From positions 905,168 through 969,167 of the forward strand of contig MU053482.1 of NCBI GenBank assembly GCA_013239625.1: 64,000 bases of DNA, in the 5' to 3' direction. Below are positions 1 through 14,545 of this stretch, one piece after another. Below the pieces are notes generated by a model. That model saw nothing but the letters and a program-made list of their open reading frames with translations, ran no database searches and had not been told where the DNA came from. Both the position numbers and the translations under genes were made by a program. This stretch comes from Lama guanicoe. Taxonomy: Eukaryota. The stretch's first letter is position 1. Each line of letters begins with the position of its first letter.

Positions 1-290
1 ATATTCTGTTCATAGTTATTATAAAATGTTGGCTATATTCCCTGTGCTGTACAATATATCCCTGTAGCTTACTTATTTTATATATAGTAGCTTGTACTTC
101 TTAATCTCCTACGCCTATTTTGCTCCTTCCCACTGGTAATCATTAGTTCTTTCTCTATTTATCTGAGTCTCTTTCTTTTTCGTTACATTCACTAGTTTGT
201 TTTACTTTTTAGACTCCACATATATGTGGTATCATACAGTGTTTGTTTGACTTTTTTCACTAAGCATAATACCCTCCAAATTCATCCAGA
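1..290 (-). mobile_element. LINE-1 3' UTR fragment (cetartiodactyl-type)
   Basis: Characteristic TATATTCCCTGTGCTGTACAATATATCC...TTTTTAGACTCCACATAT...TTCACTAAGCATAATACCCTCCA motifs. Confidence 0.8.
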
Positions 291-1278
291 ATATGGAGTA
301 TTTTCACTAACATTCAGGTCCAAATATTTTCTGATTTACACAATTTTTTTTCTGTGACCCATATGTCACAAAGAAGCATGCTTATAAATTTCCAAACAGG
401 CATTTTAAAAGTTATCATCTTGCTGTTGGTTTTTAATGTAACAGAGTTCAGATAATGTGTTCTGTATGAAAATCATTTTTGAAATTAGTTAAAATAGAAT
501 TTCTGGCCTCATATATAATCAACTTTCTATGTGTACTTGAAAATAATATGCATTTTCCCATGAGTGAAAATGTGTATGTGTATATGTAGCCGTTAAGTCA
601 AGGTTTTTAATGATGCAGTTCAAATTTTCCTGTACTAATTTTCTCAGTCTATAAATTATTAAGATCATTTTCTTTAAATCTTTTAATAGGATGGACAGAT
701 TTCCTATTTGTATAGTTCTTTAAAATTTTCCTTTAGATATTTTGAGGCTATGGTATTGAGTAAATGTGGTAGAAACATGTTACAGGCAGCTTGGAGATCA
801 CATGCTTTCAGCTTGGCAACCAAGGAGAAAAGATCTCTTTTATTCCCCTGCTTTGGTTTAAAATGTTTTCCAAAGACTAACTGGTCCATTGTAGATCCAG
901 TGAAGCAGTAAAATAATTTTCAAAGATTTTAAATCATGACTCTTATAGAGATGCAGAGTGAATTCTTGTGAAAGAATATCAATTCATTAGTAAGGGAGCT
1001 AGTGAGATGCTGATTTACAAAGCATTTGAGGAACAAGAGTTTATATATCCATCATGAAAGGCATTTTTAGAAGTTAGAATAACATAGCAAGGTAGATACA
1101 AAACTGATTAATGTGCTACTAGGCAATAAATGATAACCTTTGGGATTATCTTTTCAACCATATAGAGAAAATTTACACTGGTAAGAATTATTTGCACTGC
1201 TATTAGGTTTCTACAAGATAACCTTTACCCTTACAAAGTTGTGAATGTTCTGATCAATAGAACTAAAAGTCGGAGAAC

Positions 1279-1634
1279 TGTTAAAAGATAAAATGAGGCA
1301 CATCAAAAATTTTAAGAGTTTATTTAAACAAAAAACTATTTAAATAGGGGAATGCCAAACCAGAAATGGTTAGGCGCACTCCACCCGACAGGAGCTAGGG
1401 GAAAGACTTTAACAGAGAAGATGCAAAAAGCAAAGCAAGGAAATTACTTGATTGGCCAAAGCTGAAGTATTTTCCTTATTTGGAAAAGCCTAGCTGGCTG
1501 TAATTGGTTGTCCTTAGGTTTCGATTTCTTAACCTTGAGGCATTTATAACCTTTTGGTTTGCTTAGTAGCAAGGTAATACTAAAGTTTTAGAACCACCTC
1601 AGTCTAACGGCCTCCTTGTTTAGCTAATTGAACA
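1279..1634 (-). mobile_element. Solo ERV LTR (ERV1-like)
   Basis: TG...CA termini (TGTTAA...TTGAACA), reverse AATAAA near 1320, reverse CCAAT motifs; no clear TSD. Confidence 0.55.
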
Positions 1635-2107
1635 TAAAGAGACACACCCATAGGAAATCAGACAACCCCAAGTCTGCTAGACAATCCCTCAAACTACAGT
1701 TAAAAGGACACTTAGTAACACCAGTAATACCTTTTGCCTAATTTTGTTTTGGATAATTTTTCTTAACAGTGCTCACCTCTTAGAACAAGTAGATCTCTGT
1801 TGGCGATGTGGCCACCAAGATTATTGTGGGTTGTCACAACTGAGGGTTTCTACTGGCATCAGGTGATGTTTCACACATCAAGTGAATCTGGAATCAAAGG
1901 ATTTGGGATTTAGTCCTTTTACTATCGGTTACAAGTTCTGTAACATTGGCAAATATTTCGTATTTTCATACTTCAATTATCTATACAATGGAGGCTAAAA
2001 AAATATGTCTCACTAACTTTCTTGATTCTTAGCCCAGGAGAAAGTGAACTTTGGGTTGAAGGAGGAGGGAGATGGTCTGAAGAACACTGTCTATACCTTC
2101 CTAGGGT

Positions 2108-2948
2108 GTTGTGATTTATAATAAAATAAATTTTGTTCCTGGCTTACCGCACCAAAACCCTTGGGATTTCCTAATAAGAGCAATGGTAGCATCTTTTGTT
2201 CTAATATTTTAATTTTGTCCTCAGTTTCTGAAATTGCTTCAGAGCCATACAGGTGAAATGGGTAATTCATAACAACCCCCTCTCAACCACACTTGAGTTA
2301 ATGTTATTGTGGTGACTGTTGGAAATTCCTTAAGGATGGAGAGCTGGTTACCAGGGAAACCAACCAATTAAAGAGTTGGAACCTTCAGTCATACCTCCTA
2401 ACACCAGGGATGGGGTGCAGCTGGAGGTTGAGTCAATCACCAATGGCCCGTGATTTAATCAATCATGCCTGTGTGCTGCGGCCTCCATTAAAACCCAAAC
2501 AGAGGGGTCTGGAGAGCTTCCAGAATGGTAACCAGAACATATCCACCTGCCAGGCTCCAAACTCCTTGGGGACAGAAGCTCTTGCTGTTCAGGACGTTGC
2601 CATATGTATCTCTTCGTCTGGCTGTTCATTTGTATCCTTTATTGTCATTTGTAATAAATTGGTAATCTAGTAAGTAAAGTAAACTACCTTCCTGAGTTCT
2701 GTGAGCCGCTCTAGCAAATTAATTGAACCTCAGGAGGGGGTCTTGGAAACCTCAGATTTATAGTCAGTTGATCAGATGCACAGTTAACAACTTGGACTTG
2801 TGACTAGCATCTGAAGTGGGAGTGCCTTAACCTACAGGATCCGATGCTGTCTCCAGGCAGACAGTGTCGGAACTGAGTTAAATCTGTGCGACAGCTGGTC
2901 TCATCTGAGGAGAATGGAGTTAATTGCTTAGTGGTGTGGGAAAAAACA
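2108..2948 (+). mobile_element. MER21-family LTR
   Basis: Hallmark MER21 blocks: GGTTGAGTCAATCACCAATGGCC..TGATTTAATCAATCATGCCT, CTGAGTTCTGTGAGCCGCTCTAGCAAATTAATTGAACC, GACAGTGTCGGAACTGAGTTAAAT. Confidence 0.85.
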
Positions 2949-3242
2949 CGTACCATACCTTCTATTATCAATACGACATAGGATGCAAGAGAAAATTATA
3001 ATGAAAAACTAGGTTGAAAAGACTTCTTTTCAGTCTCCTACTACAGCTTCTTTAAATCATCATTTCCTGTCTGGTCTCCTGGCTTCTCTTACTGAATTCT
3101 ACTGTATTTTCCACACCACTTTCAATGTAATTTTCTTTAAAAACAAAACACACAAAAAATGCTCGTCTGTTTTTCCCCTCCTTCCACCTCTAATGCTTAC
3201 ATTCAGCCTCATCTTTTGACCCCTAAACACAGTGTAAACCTT

Positions 3243-3550
3243 TATACATATTCTTTTTCATGATAGGTTATTACAAGCTATTGAATATAGTTCCCCGTGC
3301 TATGCTATTTTTGTTTATCTATTTTATATATAGTAGTTAGTATCTGCAAATCCTGAACTCCCAATTTATCCCTCCCCACCCTCTCTGTTTCCCCCTGGTA
3401 ACCATAAGCTTATTTTCTGTGTCTGTGAGTCTGTCTGTGTTTTGTAAATAAGTTCATTTGTGTCTTTATTTTTAGATTCCACATATGAGTGATATCATAT
3501 AGTATTTTTCTTTCTCTTTCTGGCTTACTTAGCATGCCAGTCTCCAGATC
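3243..3550 (-). mobile_element. LINE-1 3' UTR fragment
   Basis: GGTTATTACAAGCTATTGAATATAGTTCCC...GTAAATAAGTTCATTTGTGTC...TTAGATTCCACATATGAGTGATATCATA. Confidence 0.85.
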
Positions 3551-5149
3551 GACAACAGTACTTTCAAATAGAAAAACACTGATTAGCTTATCATTGTGTC
3601 TGTTTTCCTTTGCATATATTGTTCCCTCTGTAATATTTTTCTCTTCCTGCCTTAGTCTTCATTACTTTATCATCACAAATCTTCTCCCAGCAAATATTGA
3701 TACTTCTTTAAGAACAGAGGACAGGGTGAAAACTAATGGGTTCCTTTATAGCAACAGGGGGAAGAAAGACTATGAGCTCACATGTTAGTACTTTTGTCTT
3801 TCAGATGTGATTAGTCGTTTAACAGCCCCCTTTACTATTTGTCATCACCTTCAGAATCTCCTTCACCTAGTACAGTGCCTGCCATAGAGCAGGTGCTCAC
3901 TACCTGCTCTGCTCTTCCACTTTTCACAGAGCCGGCTCTGGATCATCTACAGACTGCAGTTTCACTATCACCTCCTCCCCGACGCTGAGCACTCTTAAGT
4001 ACCAGCACCTTCTCCCCATTTCCTAACGAAGCACCACCGTGTTTCCTTCCTACCACTAACACAGATTTCTCAATAAATGAATGAAAGCAAAAATATCCTA
4101 CTCCTCCTGGGAACATCTGCATTACTTTCCAGCTTCCCAGCAACTCAATGAAGCAGGTGATCTTTTTAGCACAGGAAAACCCACTGACTCCCACAGTTTG
4201 GAAGACTGCTCCAGGAACAGCCAGCTCTCCGGAGGCTTCTGGAATCGCAGCCTCCACATCCAGTGGGTGTCCCTGGATCCTAGGTAGTTGAGGAAAGGAG
4301 CTCAGCAGGCTTTAGCCACCCCGCGGGAGCAGGTTGGCGCTAGCTGTAGGTGGGGAGGGGCGGGCACCACTGGCCGGGCTGGCTTCTCAGTGGGTGCTGG
4401 TCTTTGTCCCTAAGACAGGTGCAGTCAGAACTCGGCTTAGGGCGCCAGGTAGGAGCGTGGGCATGCCTGGAAAGGAGGCGACCCCAACCCTGGTCTCCAT
4501 ACCAGAGAAAGCAGAACCCCAGACAGAGCTTTGAGGCTGCGACTGCTCTCGTTACTTGCTGTCCTGGGTTCTCCTTTCTCTTGTAGTTCCCAGATCTTTG
4601 CTGCTTGGTCAGTTTCACGACTCATAATAATCACCCAGTGTCCCAATCTGTGAAGTCACTTCCCTAAAAAGGGCCAGAAATGAATTTCTCCAAAGTGGGC
4701 ACTTGCTATAAATCATTGTAAGAAATGAATGATAGATACATATTTCATCACATGTAAGAAAAAGAAAGGTGAGGTGATGTGGGAAAGAAAGAAAAAATTA
4801 TAGTTATCAGTCATCCCCACTGTGGGAAAAACTGCATAGTCTTACTAGCATCCTCCTCCATCCCAGATCCACCAGTAAAAAGACAAGGACTCTAGTGAGG
4901 ACACTCCTTAGCCCGACTTGTGTGTGTGTGTGTGCACACTCATGAAGATGTGCAAGCCAGCCCTTCGTGACTATATCTAGCCCTTTGGACAACCGATGTT
5001 TTAACTGTCCATTCCAACTCTCTACCGAACTATTACTCTAAGCAGGAGAGCTCTCTGTCCATCTCTTCACAATAGGGGCTGTAAAGGATGTTCCTTGGTC
5101 TGAAGAAATGTCACCTGGTGATGCAAATTAGTGCAATACGTACTGTAAT

Positions 5150-5910
5150 GGTTCTTTTTTAGAACTGAAGTATAGTTGATTTAAATGCTGTGTTAATATC
5201 TGATGTACAACAAGTGATTTAGTTATACATATATAGATACATACTCTTTTTCATTATAGGTTATTACAAGCTATTGAATGTAGTTCCCTGTGCTGTACAG
5301 TAGGACCTGTTGTTTGTCTATTCTAGTTTGTATCTAATCTCAAACTCCTAATTTATGTTCTCCCTTCCCCTTTAGTACCCATAAGTTTGTTTTCTATGTC
5401 TCTTTCTATTTTTGTAAATAAGTTCATTTGTGTCATTGTTTTAGATTCCACATGTAAGTGATGTATTTGTCTTTCTGATTTACTTTACTTATATGATAAT
5501 CTCTAGGTCCATACATGTTGCTGCAAATGGCATATAAATATGTATGATAAATATGTGTGTGTATACGTTTGTATCTCACAACTTCTTTATCCAATCATCT
5601 ATGGACATTTAAATTGCTTCCATGTCTTGGCTATTGTACGTAGTGCTGCTATGAACACGGATGTAAAATATCTGAGACTCAATTCTTTTGTAGATATACC
5701 CAAAAGTAGATTGCTGAATCATATGGTAATTCTATTTTTATTTTTTTGAAGAACCACCATGCTGTTTCCCATAGTAGCTGCACCATTTTACATTCCCACC
5801 AATAATGCACAAGTGTTCCAATTTCTCCACATCCTGCCCAACATTTGTTTTTCTGGTCTTTCTTTCTTCCTTTCTTTTTTTGATAGTAACCATACTAATG
5901 GGTATGAGGT
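5150..5910 (-). mobile_element. LINE-1 3' end (same subfamily as 3243-3550)
   Basis: Reverse poly(A), TGAAGTATAGTTGATTT, shared 3' UTR blocks, and the ORF2-end motif CACCATTTTACATTCCCACCAA. Confidence 0.85.
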
Positions 5911-5929
5911 GATAAGATTATTTTATGTC

Positions 5930-6460
5930 CTTCAGTCATAGGGACAGTGTCCAATAGCAAGCTAGTAACTGCCCCTCAAATAGAAATTCTCCAGTCAGTT
6001 CTGTGGGGCGTTCACAGGCTTCTGCTATTAGCCCCAGTATACATTCCAGATAGGTCTATGGTACAGAGAATTCACTCGATACCAGCACTCAAGGTTTTAT
6101 TCTGTACTGTGTGGGCTCAGGCGATCTTGTTTGTTCCCATTGACCATGTCCAATTAATATTGCCTGAAAGGTGAATTTATATGCCTTGGGTTTTACAATG
6201 CAACGTCCATCCACATAATTCATTCAAGTAAAAGAGACAGACCCAATCACATCATGTAAAGCATTAGATGTTTAAACATTCCCAACTTCCACTTAAATCC
6301 TATCAATCCTTACATTTCTATATTCTCTCAATCTAATTGCAGCTCTAGTTAGGAATCCACCAGTGGTTTGGTTTTGATACAACAGTGCATGAGCCTCCTT
6401 TGTCAAGGAGTCCCAGACCCTTGGGACCACTGACTATTTTACCCACTCATAAGACTGTGT
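5930..6460 (-). mobile_element. Decayed ERV-L/class III retroviral pol fragment
   Basis: Minus-strand 5980-5945 translates FEGQLLACYWTL, matching the ERV-L pol motif FEKQLLACYWAL; outer boundaries approximate. Confidence 0.65.
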
Positions 6461-6559
6461 CCGCATTATTAGAGAAATGAATGAAGACAAACCCTGTGAT
6501 ACAAGAGAAAGCAAGAAAGATGGGGAAAAAGAGGCAAGAAAGGCATAGTTAACAGACAG

Positions 6560-7880
6560 CATACACTAAGCTGGCAGAAAAAAATCTGAAAAATACTGAG
6601 CTATATAAATATCGGACAAATTAAGGTAAAAATATTATGAATAATGAGAATCATTACATAATAAAGGCATTCACATAGCAATTCTTAATTTTTACATATC
6701 TAACAATATAATCTTAAATTACATGAAGCAAAAATGGACATAAAAATAAAGAGAAATTGACAAATCCACAATTAGGCGATTTTAAAACAGTTCTCAGTGA
6801 CAACTCTATCAAATAAAAAATAAGTTAGGATAAGGAAGACTTGACCATCACTATGTAAGGAAAGAATTCTTCCCAAATATTTCGAGAACACACTTCTCAA
6901 GCATCTATGGAACATCAGACACACATAAAAAAAAATACACATACAAACACACATGTGTGTTAGGTCACAAAGCAAGTCTCAGCAGACACCAATGAATGGA
7001 TCGTATAGAGCAAGTTAAAGAATAAGCAAAAATACATGTTTGAAAATTTTAAAAATTCTTCGTGAGTCAAGAAAACGAAAAATGAGAAAATGTTAGGAAC
7101 TAAACAACAATGAAAACACCATGTATCAGCTCAGGACATGCTGTTAACTAGTAAGTACATTGAGAATAAATTTTAAACTTCGATACAAGTAGAAGAAATG
7201 TTTTTTTTTAAAACTTAATGCACTGTGTCTCACCTAACTAGAACAAAAATAACACAAATTCTAAACCAAAAGAATATGGAAAGAAGGGGAAAAAAAGACA
7301 ATAGCAGCAAATAAAATACAGAGGATCAGCAAAGAAAAAGGCTTGTATTTTGAAAATATAAACAACTTCTGGTAACACTGGTCACAAAAAAGAGAAAGCA
7401 AAACAGGACATGGCTATTGATAAAATTTAAAGTTAAAGTAAAAAGGATAACTCCCAGAAAAAAGTATATCTTCCAAAGACCAAGTCAAGAAGAAATTTTT
7501 AAAAATCTGAATAGACTGAAAACTAGAAGAAATTTAGGAGAAATCTCCACTCAGTATGGGGGGAAAAAAGTATTGGCTGATACCCTTTATGCTCAGAAAT
7601 GTAAAATTTCTAAGTATGAGCAAACAAAAATCGTTAATATAATTAAGAATGAATACATCCCAAACAAGTTTACCTTAGAAATATAATAATTATTTAATAA
7701 TAAAAATCTGTTACTGCAGTTCATCACATGAACTGATGCATTTAAACTTTACTTCCATTCAAGCATGCAAAAAAATCTCAAAACCTTAAAAGATTCGCTA
7801 TTAAAATCAAAACGTAAAAACACCTGCTTTCACTACCTTTTTCAATGTTATATGGTTATTGCAGCAAACAATATAACATA
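6560..7880 (+). mobile_element. Ancient LINE-1 ORF2 (endonuclease/RT) remnant
   Basis: A-rich strand with decayed L1 motifs (ACATGAAGCAAAAATGGACA..AAAGAGAAATTGACAAATCCACAAT..GATTTTAA; GGTCACAAAGCAAGTCTCA). Confidence 0.7.
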
Positions 7881-8549
7881 AGTAAATATATACATGCACA
7901 AACAGCACTGAGTAAAGATAGTTTTTTAAAAAGGTGTCTTTAGACATTACAATCTCTGGGAAAGATGGTTCACCTATTTACTCGTCACACTTATTTCCAT
8001 TCAGAAAATATCGTGAGGAAAAAATCTGAATTGTGTAATTTGCCTGAATGACCCCCAAATGTTTTGTTTTTCTGAGGTATGCCTGTTTCCAGAGGGTCCA
8101 AGTGCTTTTACATTTCGTCTTTATTTTGTCCCTCAAGTGACTTTCTGTTTCAATGTTTATCTTAAAGGGCAGTTCCAACACTACATAACCATGAGGCTTT
8201 TGAAAGTTGAAAAATGGAAGAAAACGATGCAGAAGGGAAAGATGGTACAAAGAATGACTCCCTCATCTTCCTATTCCACACTTACCAAGTTCTCTCTCCC
8301 CGTTCGGCAATGCAAAAAATCTTATTCTTAATACACTACATACAAACTGCATTTTAAAACTTTTAAATTGTCATTATTTCATTTTTCAGTTAATTTTTCC
8401 GTCTGAATGTGGTTTCGGTAACTTGGATTGTAATGTATTAAAATTCCTCTCAGGAAGAACAATGGGGGGGAATTTTTTTTTAACCTAACGACTTCTCATT
8501 TTGCAGCCGTGCTTTCAGGAGTGAACTGAAGAACTTAAGCCAAGGGTAG

Positions 8550-10126
<1,577 letters not shown>

Positions 10127-10836
10127 GCCCGAACAGACCTGGGGCCGAAATTCGTTCTCAGAAGCGCCCGAAAAGAAGAGCCGGTTCTGTGGTAACTACC
10201 AGAGGACTAGTACAAGGAAGAGTTGTTTTTACCTTTTAAGAATGTCCTGTTAACTTCCTCTCCACATTTTTTTGTGCTTTTGCGAGGAAAAAGTTAAAAC
10301 TCGTTTCATTTCGTTTTGGAATTGTTAACGTTTCTTTCAACAAGCTCATTTAAAAGCATACGACTTGAACCTGCGTACTCGTCTTCTTGTGTTTCCAAGT
10401 AGAGTCTCCCAAAGGCTTCCTTCCTTCTAAATTTTCCTGATTAGTGAGGCCAAAAGGTCTCAGATCTTTTACAAACATCTGACCACCTAAAGTGGACAAT
10501 TGGATCATTCTGTCCATTCAAACCAACCAGATTTTGGGGGGAGAGTGGGAGGGATTGGTGTATGCTACTCCTATAAGATTTCAGGGTGTCTTTCAACTGA
10601 ATCTTAGTGTTGCCCATGTTAAAAAACAACGGACAGAAATACCAACAAAAACCACTTAGATCAGATGCATATATAAAGAAAATTCCGTTCCTTCAGTAGA
10701 TCTAAAAAAAGCAAATGGAGAATCCTGGCCATATTTTGCCTTTTGCCATTTTCTTTGGAAATCTGCAGAATCTCCTGTTCCCTTGCTCCCAAAAATATCA
10801 TTCGTGTGTTGAATAAGGATGGAATACTAAATTAAA
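10127..10836 (+). other. Probable RBMXL2 3' UTR, resembling the parental RBMX 3' UTR, with candidate ATTAAA poly(A) signal at 10831-10836
   Basis: Blocks such as GGTAACTACC..GGACTA, GAGGAAAAAGTTAAAA and TTTCAACAAGC resemble the RBMX 3' UTR as recalled; the end point is inferred. Confidence 0.5.
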
Positions 10837-11599
10837 GATTTGGCTGGCCAACTGCAAAGCTGCAAAACTCCCCCCTCTCCAACACTAATACCACTCATTT
10901 TCACCACCTAAAAAGTATTAAGAAACAAGTAAAAAATATATCAATGGTGGATTTGGGGATCAAATGGCTTCCATTCCTAACTCCAAACTCCTTGTCCTTG
11001 GCTCTAGAGCCAGCTGCTGGCTTCTGTGGAGAACTGGGCTTCTTCCCTTAGGAGTGGAGAAATCAGAAGTGAGCATCATTAGAGCTCAGAAACTCAGAGA
11101 ATCCATTCTGAGAGCTTTTCAGCATCTAAGGATCTCAGCCTGGTATGACATCCTGGGTCTTCCTGTCCACAAAAGGCAAGAACGTGGGTTAAGTGGTCCA
11201 TACTCTTAAGGTAGGGAGAAGGGCTTGAGCAGAGATCATAGAGGCTTCCTTCAAAGTGCCTCAGGAAGGATATGAGAGTCTCCTCTCTTCATCCCAAACT
11301 CAGGGCAAGAGACATCTTTTCCATTCAGCACCTGTGGACTCCCCCGTGTTTATCTGAAAGGAAGGTAACTGTACAGTCAGGGGTCTCAAAACAACCAAAG
11401 AAAGAAGGATCAGGTAAAAAAAAATTAGTACTCATGTTTGGTGTATAAACTGCTGGAGGAAACAGATGAACACCTGAACAACAACAAAAATTACCTAAAG
11501 AAAGTCTTAAGTGTAACGCACATACATGACTCTAAAAATATGATTTTTTTTACAAAATTATTAGTAGGTGATTTACAGGAGAGGCTGCATTAGTGGCCG

Positions 11600-13130
11600 A
11601 GAAGACCAAATGCAAGAAATAGCTCAAAAAAAAAAATTCAGGAATTACTCTAGCAAATATGTGTAAGACCTTTATGGAAAAATTATTAACCATTATTAAA
11701 GGACATAAAAGAAGCCTAAATAAATGGAGACTTGTCATGTTATGGTTGGGAAGACTTTATCATAACTGTTCTCAACCTTAGCAAATTAATTTGGAAAGTC
11801 AGTACAACTTCAAATGAAGTTACAACATGATTTTTTTCCACAGAGCTCCCTCCTCTCTTTCCCAGTAACACCATATATTGTATTGATCAGCGATGGAATG
11901 CTAAATAAAAGATTTGGCCAATCAACCACAAAGCTGAAAAAAGAAATATCAATAGCTTCCTTTCAATACCAACAAATTATTAAGAAACATTTTTTAAAAA
12001 GACACCAATGGGAGGTTTAGCTAATCCTAAAACTTACATGGTGGAATAAAGAGCAAGAAGAGCCAAAGCAATTAAAAAAAAAGAGAGAGAAAGAATTAGA
12101 AAGGACTTAACACTACCTGATATCAAGATTTACTAGAAAATTCAAGCAATTTAAGCTGTGGGACATCGACCAAGATAGACCAGTAGTCACAAATAGTGAG
12201 CCTAGAAAGAAGCTGACTTGTATGTGAAAAATTATGTTGACAGCTTTAAAAGTCATTGGTAAAAGGATGGATTTCTTTTAATGGCTATCTTTGCAAAACA
12301 GTAAAATGAGATTCCCTGACTCACAGCATAAACAAAAATACATTCTAGTTGGTTTGAAGATAAAAATGTGAAGAAAAAATTTTTAAACACTTAGAGGAAA
12401 ATAAAGTAATATATCACACTGAGGTAGAGAGTTTCTTTTTAAGATAAAAAGTACAAACCTAGGAGGAAAATGATAATAGTTTTCCACATCATTATTAAGA
12501 ATTTTTGTGTGTGATGAAAGACATTGGTAAAGTGAACTATCAACCATAGATTGGAAGAATTTATTTTCATTGAAATAATTTTCAAAAGAATACTTAGAAA
12601 TCAATAAGAAAGAAAAAACACCAAAAAAAAAGTGGGCAAAAGAACTCATACCTTTCTGATATATGTATAAAATGGCAATCACTTTGGAAGTAATTTTGGC
12701 AATGCCTGGTAAAGTTGGAGGGTGTATACCTTCGACCCAGAAAATCTGCTTCAAGGAGAGGACCTAGAGAAATTTGCACATGTACACAAGGAGATATGCA
12801 CAAGATTGGTCCTTACAGCACTCTTTGAACATTAAAAAGTAGAAACAGCCTGCTGGAGTGGATCAACTGAGGTGCATTCAGTGAAATTCAATGTAGAAGC
12901 TAATGTGAATCAACCAGATCCACATGTACCGACATAGGTAAATACCAAAATATTTGTTGGGTGAAAAAAAGGCAAATTGCATAAATACAGGTGTAACAAA
13001 AAGAACAAAAATATGATTGGATAAAGCACACAACAATAAGGATATTTAGTGTAAGGAAGAGAGGAAGATGGGATGAGGTGTGGGCTTCAGCTGAATTTGT
13101 AATGTTTTATCTCTTTTAAAAAGAGATGGA
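11600..13130 (+). mobile_element. Ancient LINE-1 (L1ME-like) ORF2 end and 3' UTR
   Basis: AAAGAAGCCTAAATAAATGGAGAC..CATGTTATGGTTGGGAAGACT, ACTACCTGATATCAAGATTTACT, AATCACTTTGGAAGTAATTTTGGCAAT. Confidence 0.7.
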
Positions 13131-13775
13131 TTTTAAGCAACAGGCTTTGTTCTCACTTTGTGGGTGATGCCTTCATAGACCATTGGTTCATAGACCATTC
13201 CTATTCTAGACTGTGTTCATGGCTAGCTCTCGGTAACTGCAACATAGAACTGTTATGTCTGAACTATATCTCAGATGAAAATACAGTTTTCCCTTTGATA
13301 CTCTTTTTGAAGTATAATAGCAATGAAAACCTTTTCCCGGTTAACAGAAAAGTTATTTCTAAAGAGTAGTCTCATGGCTATGGAAACTATTAGTAACTTT
13401 TTAAAAAAGTAAGATGCAAACATTTGGAAATAAAGCTTAAATGAGCTCAAGAGATCAAAGCTTACAAAGGCTGTGGATTTCTCATGTACATCTATAACAG
13501 ACTAGATATTTCCTTAGTGGAAATTAATGTATTAGAGCTATCTTTGTAGGAAAATATGCAAGAGAGCTAGTCAAATGAGAACTCGTTTATGATCACTTAC
13601 ATGAGAAACAGAATTATCCTCGTTTCACAGGACTTACTCACTGGGTATAATTTAAGGGATGTGCATCTCATAGCCAAATCCTTTTATCTCTGTCCTTGTC
13701 TCAACCTATTCCTGAGACCCCCTTCTCCACATTCCTTCTATCCGAAACAGGGTTCCAGGAGCATCCAAACTGTCC

Positions 13776-13815
13776 ATGTGGCAACTGACAGCATTGCTGA
13801 GTATTTCTCCACCAG
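13776..13815 (+). pseudogene. Gene A leader (signal peptide) exon of an antigen-receptor-like pseudogene
   Basis: ATG TGG CAA CTG ACA GCA TTG CTG AGT ATT TCT CCA CCA G|GTGAGG = MWQLTALLSISPP-G; 40 nt, phase-1 strong donor, followed by an 85-nt intron ending CTTATTTCCTGTAG (13900). This is typical Ig/TCR V leader geometry. Confidence 0.65.
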
Positions 13816-13900
13816 GTGAGGCCTGAACGTCTTCCATCTCTGATTGCATCTTGAATCCTGGGGTTCTCTTAGATGCTGGAGGTAGACTTATTTCCTGTAG

Positions 13901-14353
13901 GTGAATAGCTCAGGGCTATTCCCCTTGCCTGGGGACAGTTACTACGTTCTCTTTGGGGCATATTCATGAACTTACCAGACAGAATCAGACTGTGTTGCTT
14001 TGGCTGTACGATGTGAAATCCAGTGGTGGTGGGAATTCCTCTCAGAATCTCTATGTTTGCAATGATGTTTCTGAAGCAATTTCTTTCAATGAACTCTTTC
14101 AAGGTGATTCTAAGTCCACATATTTTGTGTGTGACATTGAACATGGGTATCGAGTACCAAAAATAAACTAAGTCTTGAGGAACTACAGAGCGATGTTGAT
14201 CCTATGGAGTATATTCCACTCTCATATTTACTGAAATATTCAAGGAGAACGAAAAAACTGAGGCTGTGTTATGAAAGTTTTAGGGAAGAAATTAGGAAAA
14301 AAATACTCTCACTTCCCCATTAATGTTTGGAGGCTCCTTGCTACAGTAGAGAG
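13901..14353 (+). pseudogene. Gene A decayed VJ-type (V-set plus J-like G strand) exon
   Basis: 453-nt phase1-phase1 exon between AG (13899-13900) and GTAATC (14354). One frame carries C(14005)TM, FLKQ...SFKVIL, YSTLIFTEIFKENEKT and FGG (14326) ending 28 nt before the donor; TGT at 14265 is in an adjacent frame. Many in-frame stops. Confidence 0.55.
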
Positions 14354-14384
14354 GTAATCTTTTGGTCATATGTATGAGTCCTCA

Positions 14385-14545
14385 TTTCTGTTATTTATGT
14401 GGCCTGGGCAATTTTCTTAAAATTTTTTTTTGACCTTTGGTTTTTTTCCCATGTGCAAATGGCGACAATCATCTCATAAGATTTTTGAGAGTTTGAAGTA
14501 AGATAAGGCATATAAAGCACACAGCACAGTGCCTGGGATGAGTGG
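14385..14545 (+). mobile_element. MIR SINE fragment
   Basis: TGTGGCCTGGGCAATTTTCTTAA..TTTCCCATGTGCAAATGG..TAAAGCAC..GCACAGTGCCTGG. Confidence 0.6.

Noticed and set aside
13905..14171. ORF 13953-14171 as the true V reading (C13926...TYFVC14130) or as an independent small gene
   Set aside because: Not in phase with the best acceptor/donor pair and lacks the FGG-donor end. Kept only as an alternative alignment of the same decayed exon.
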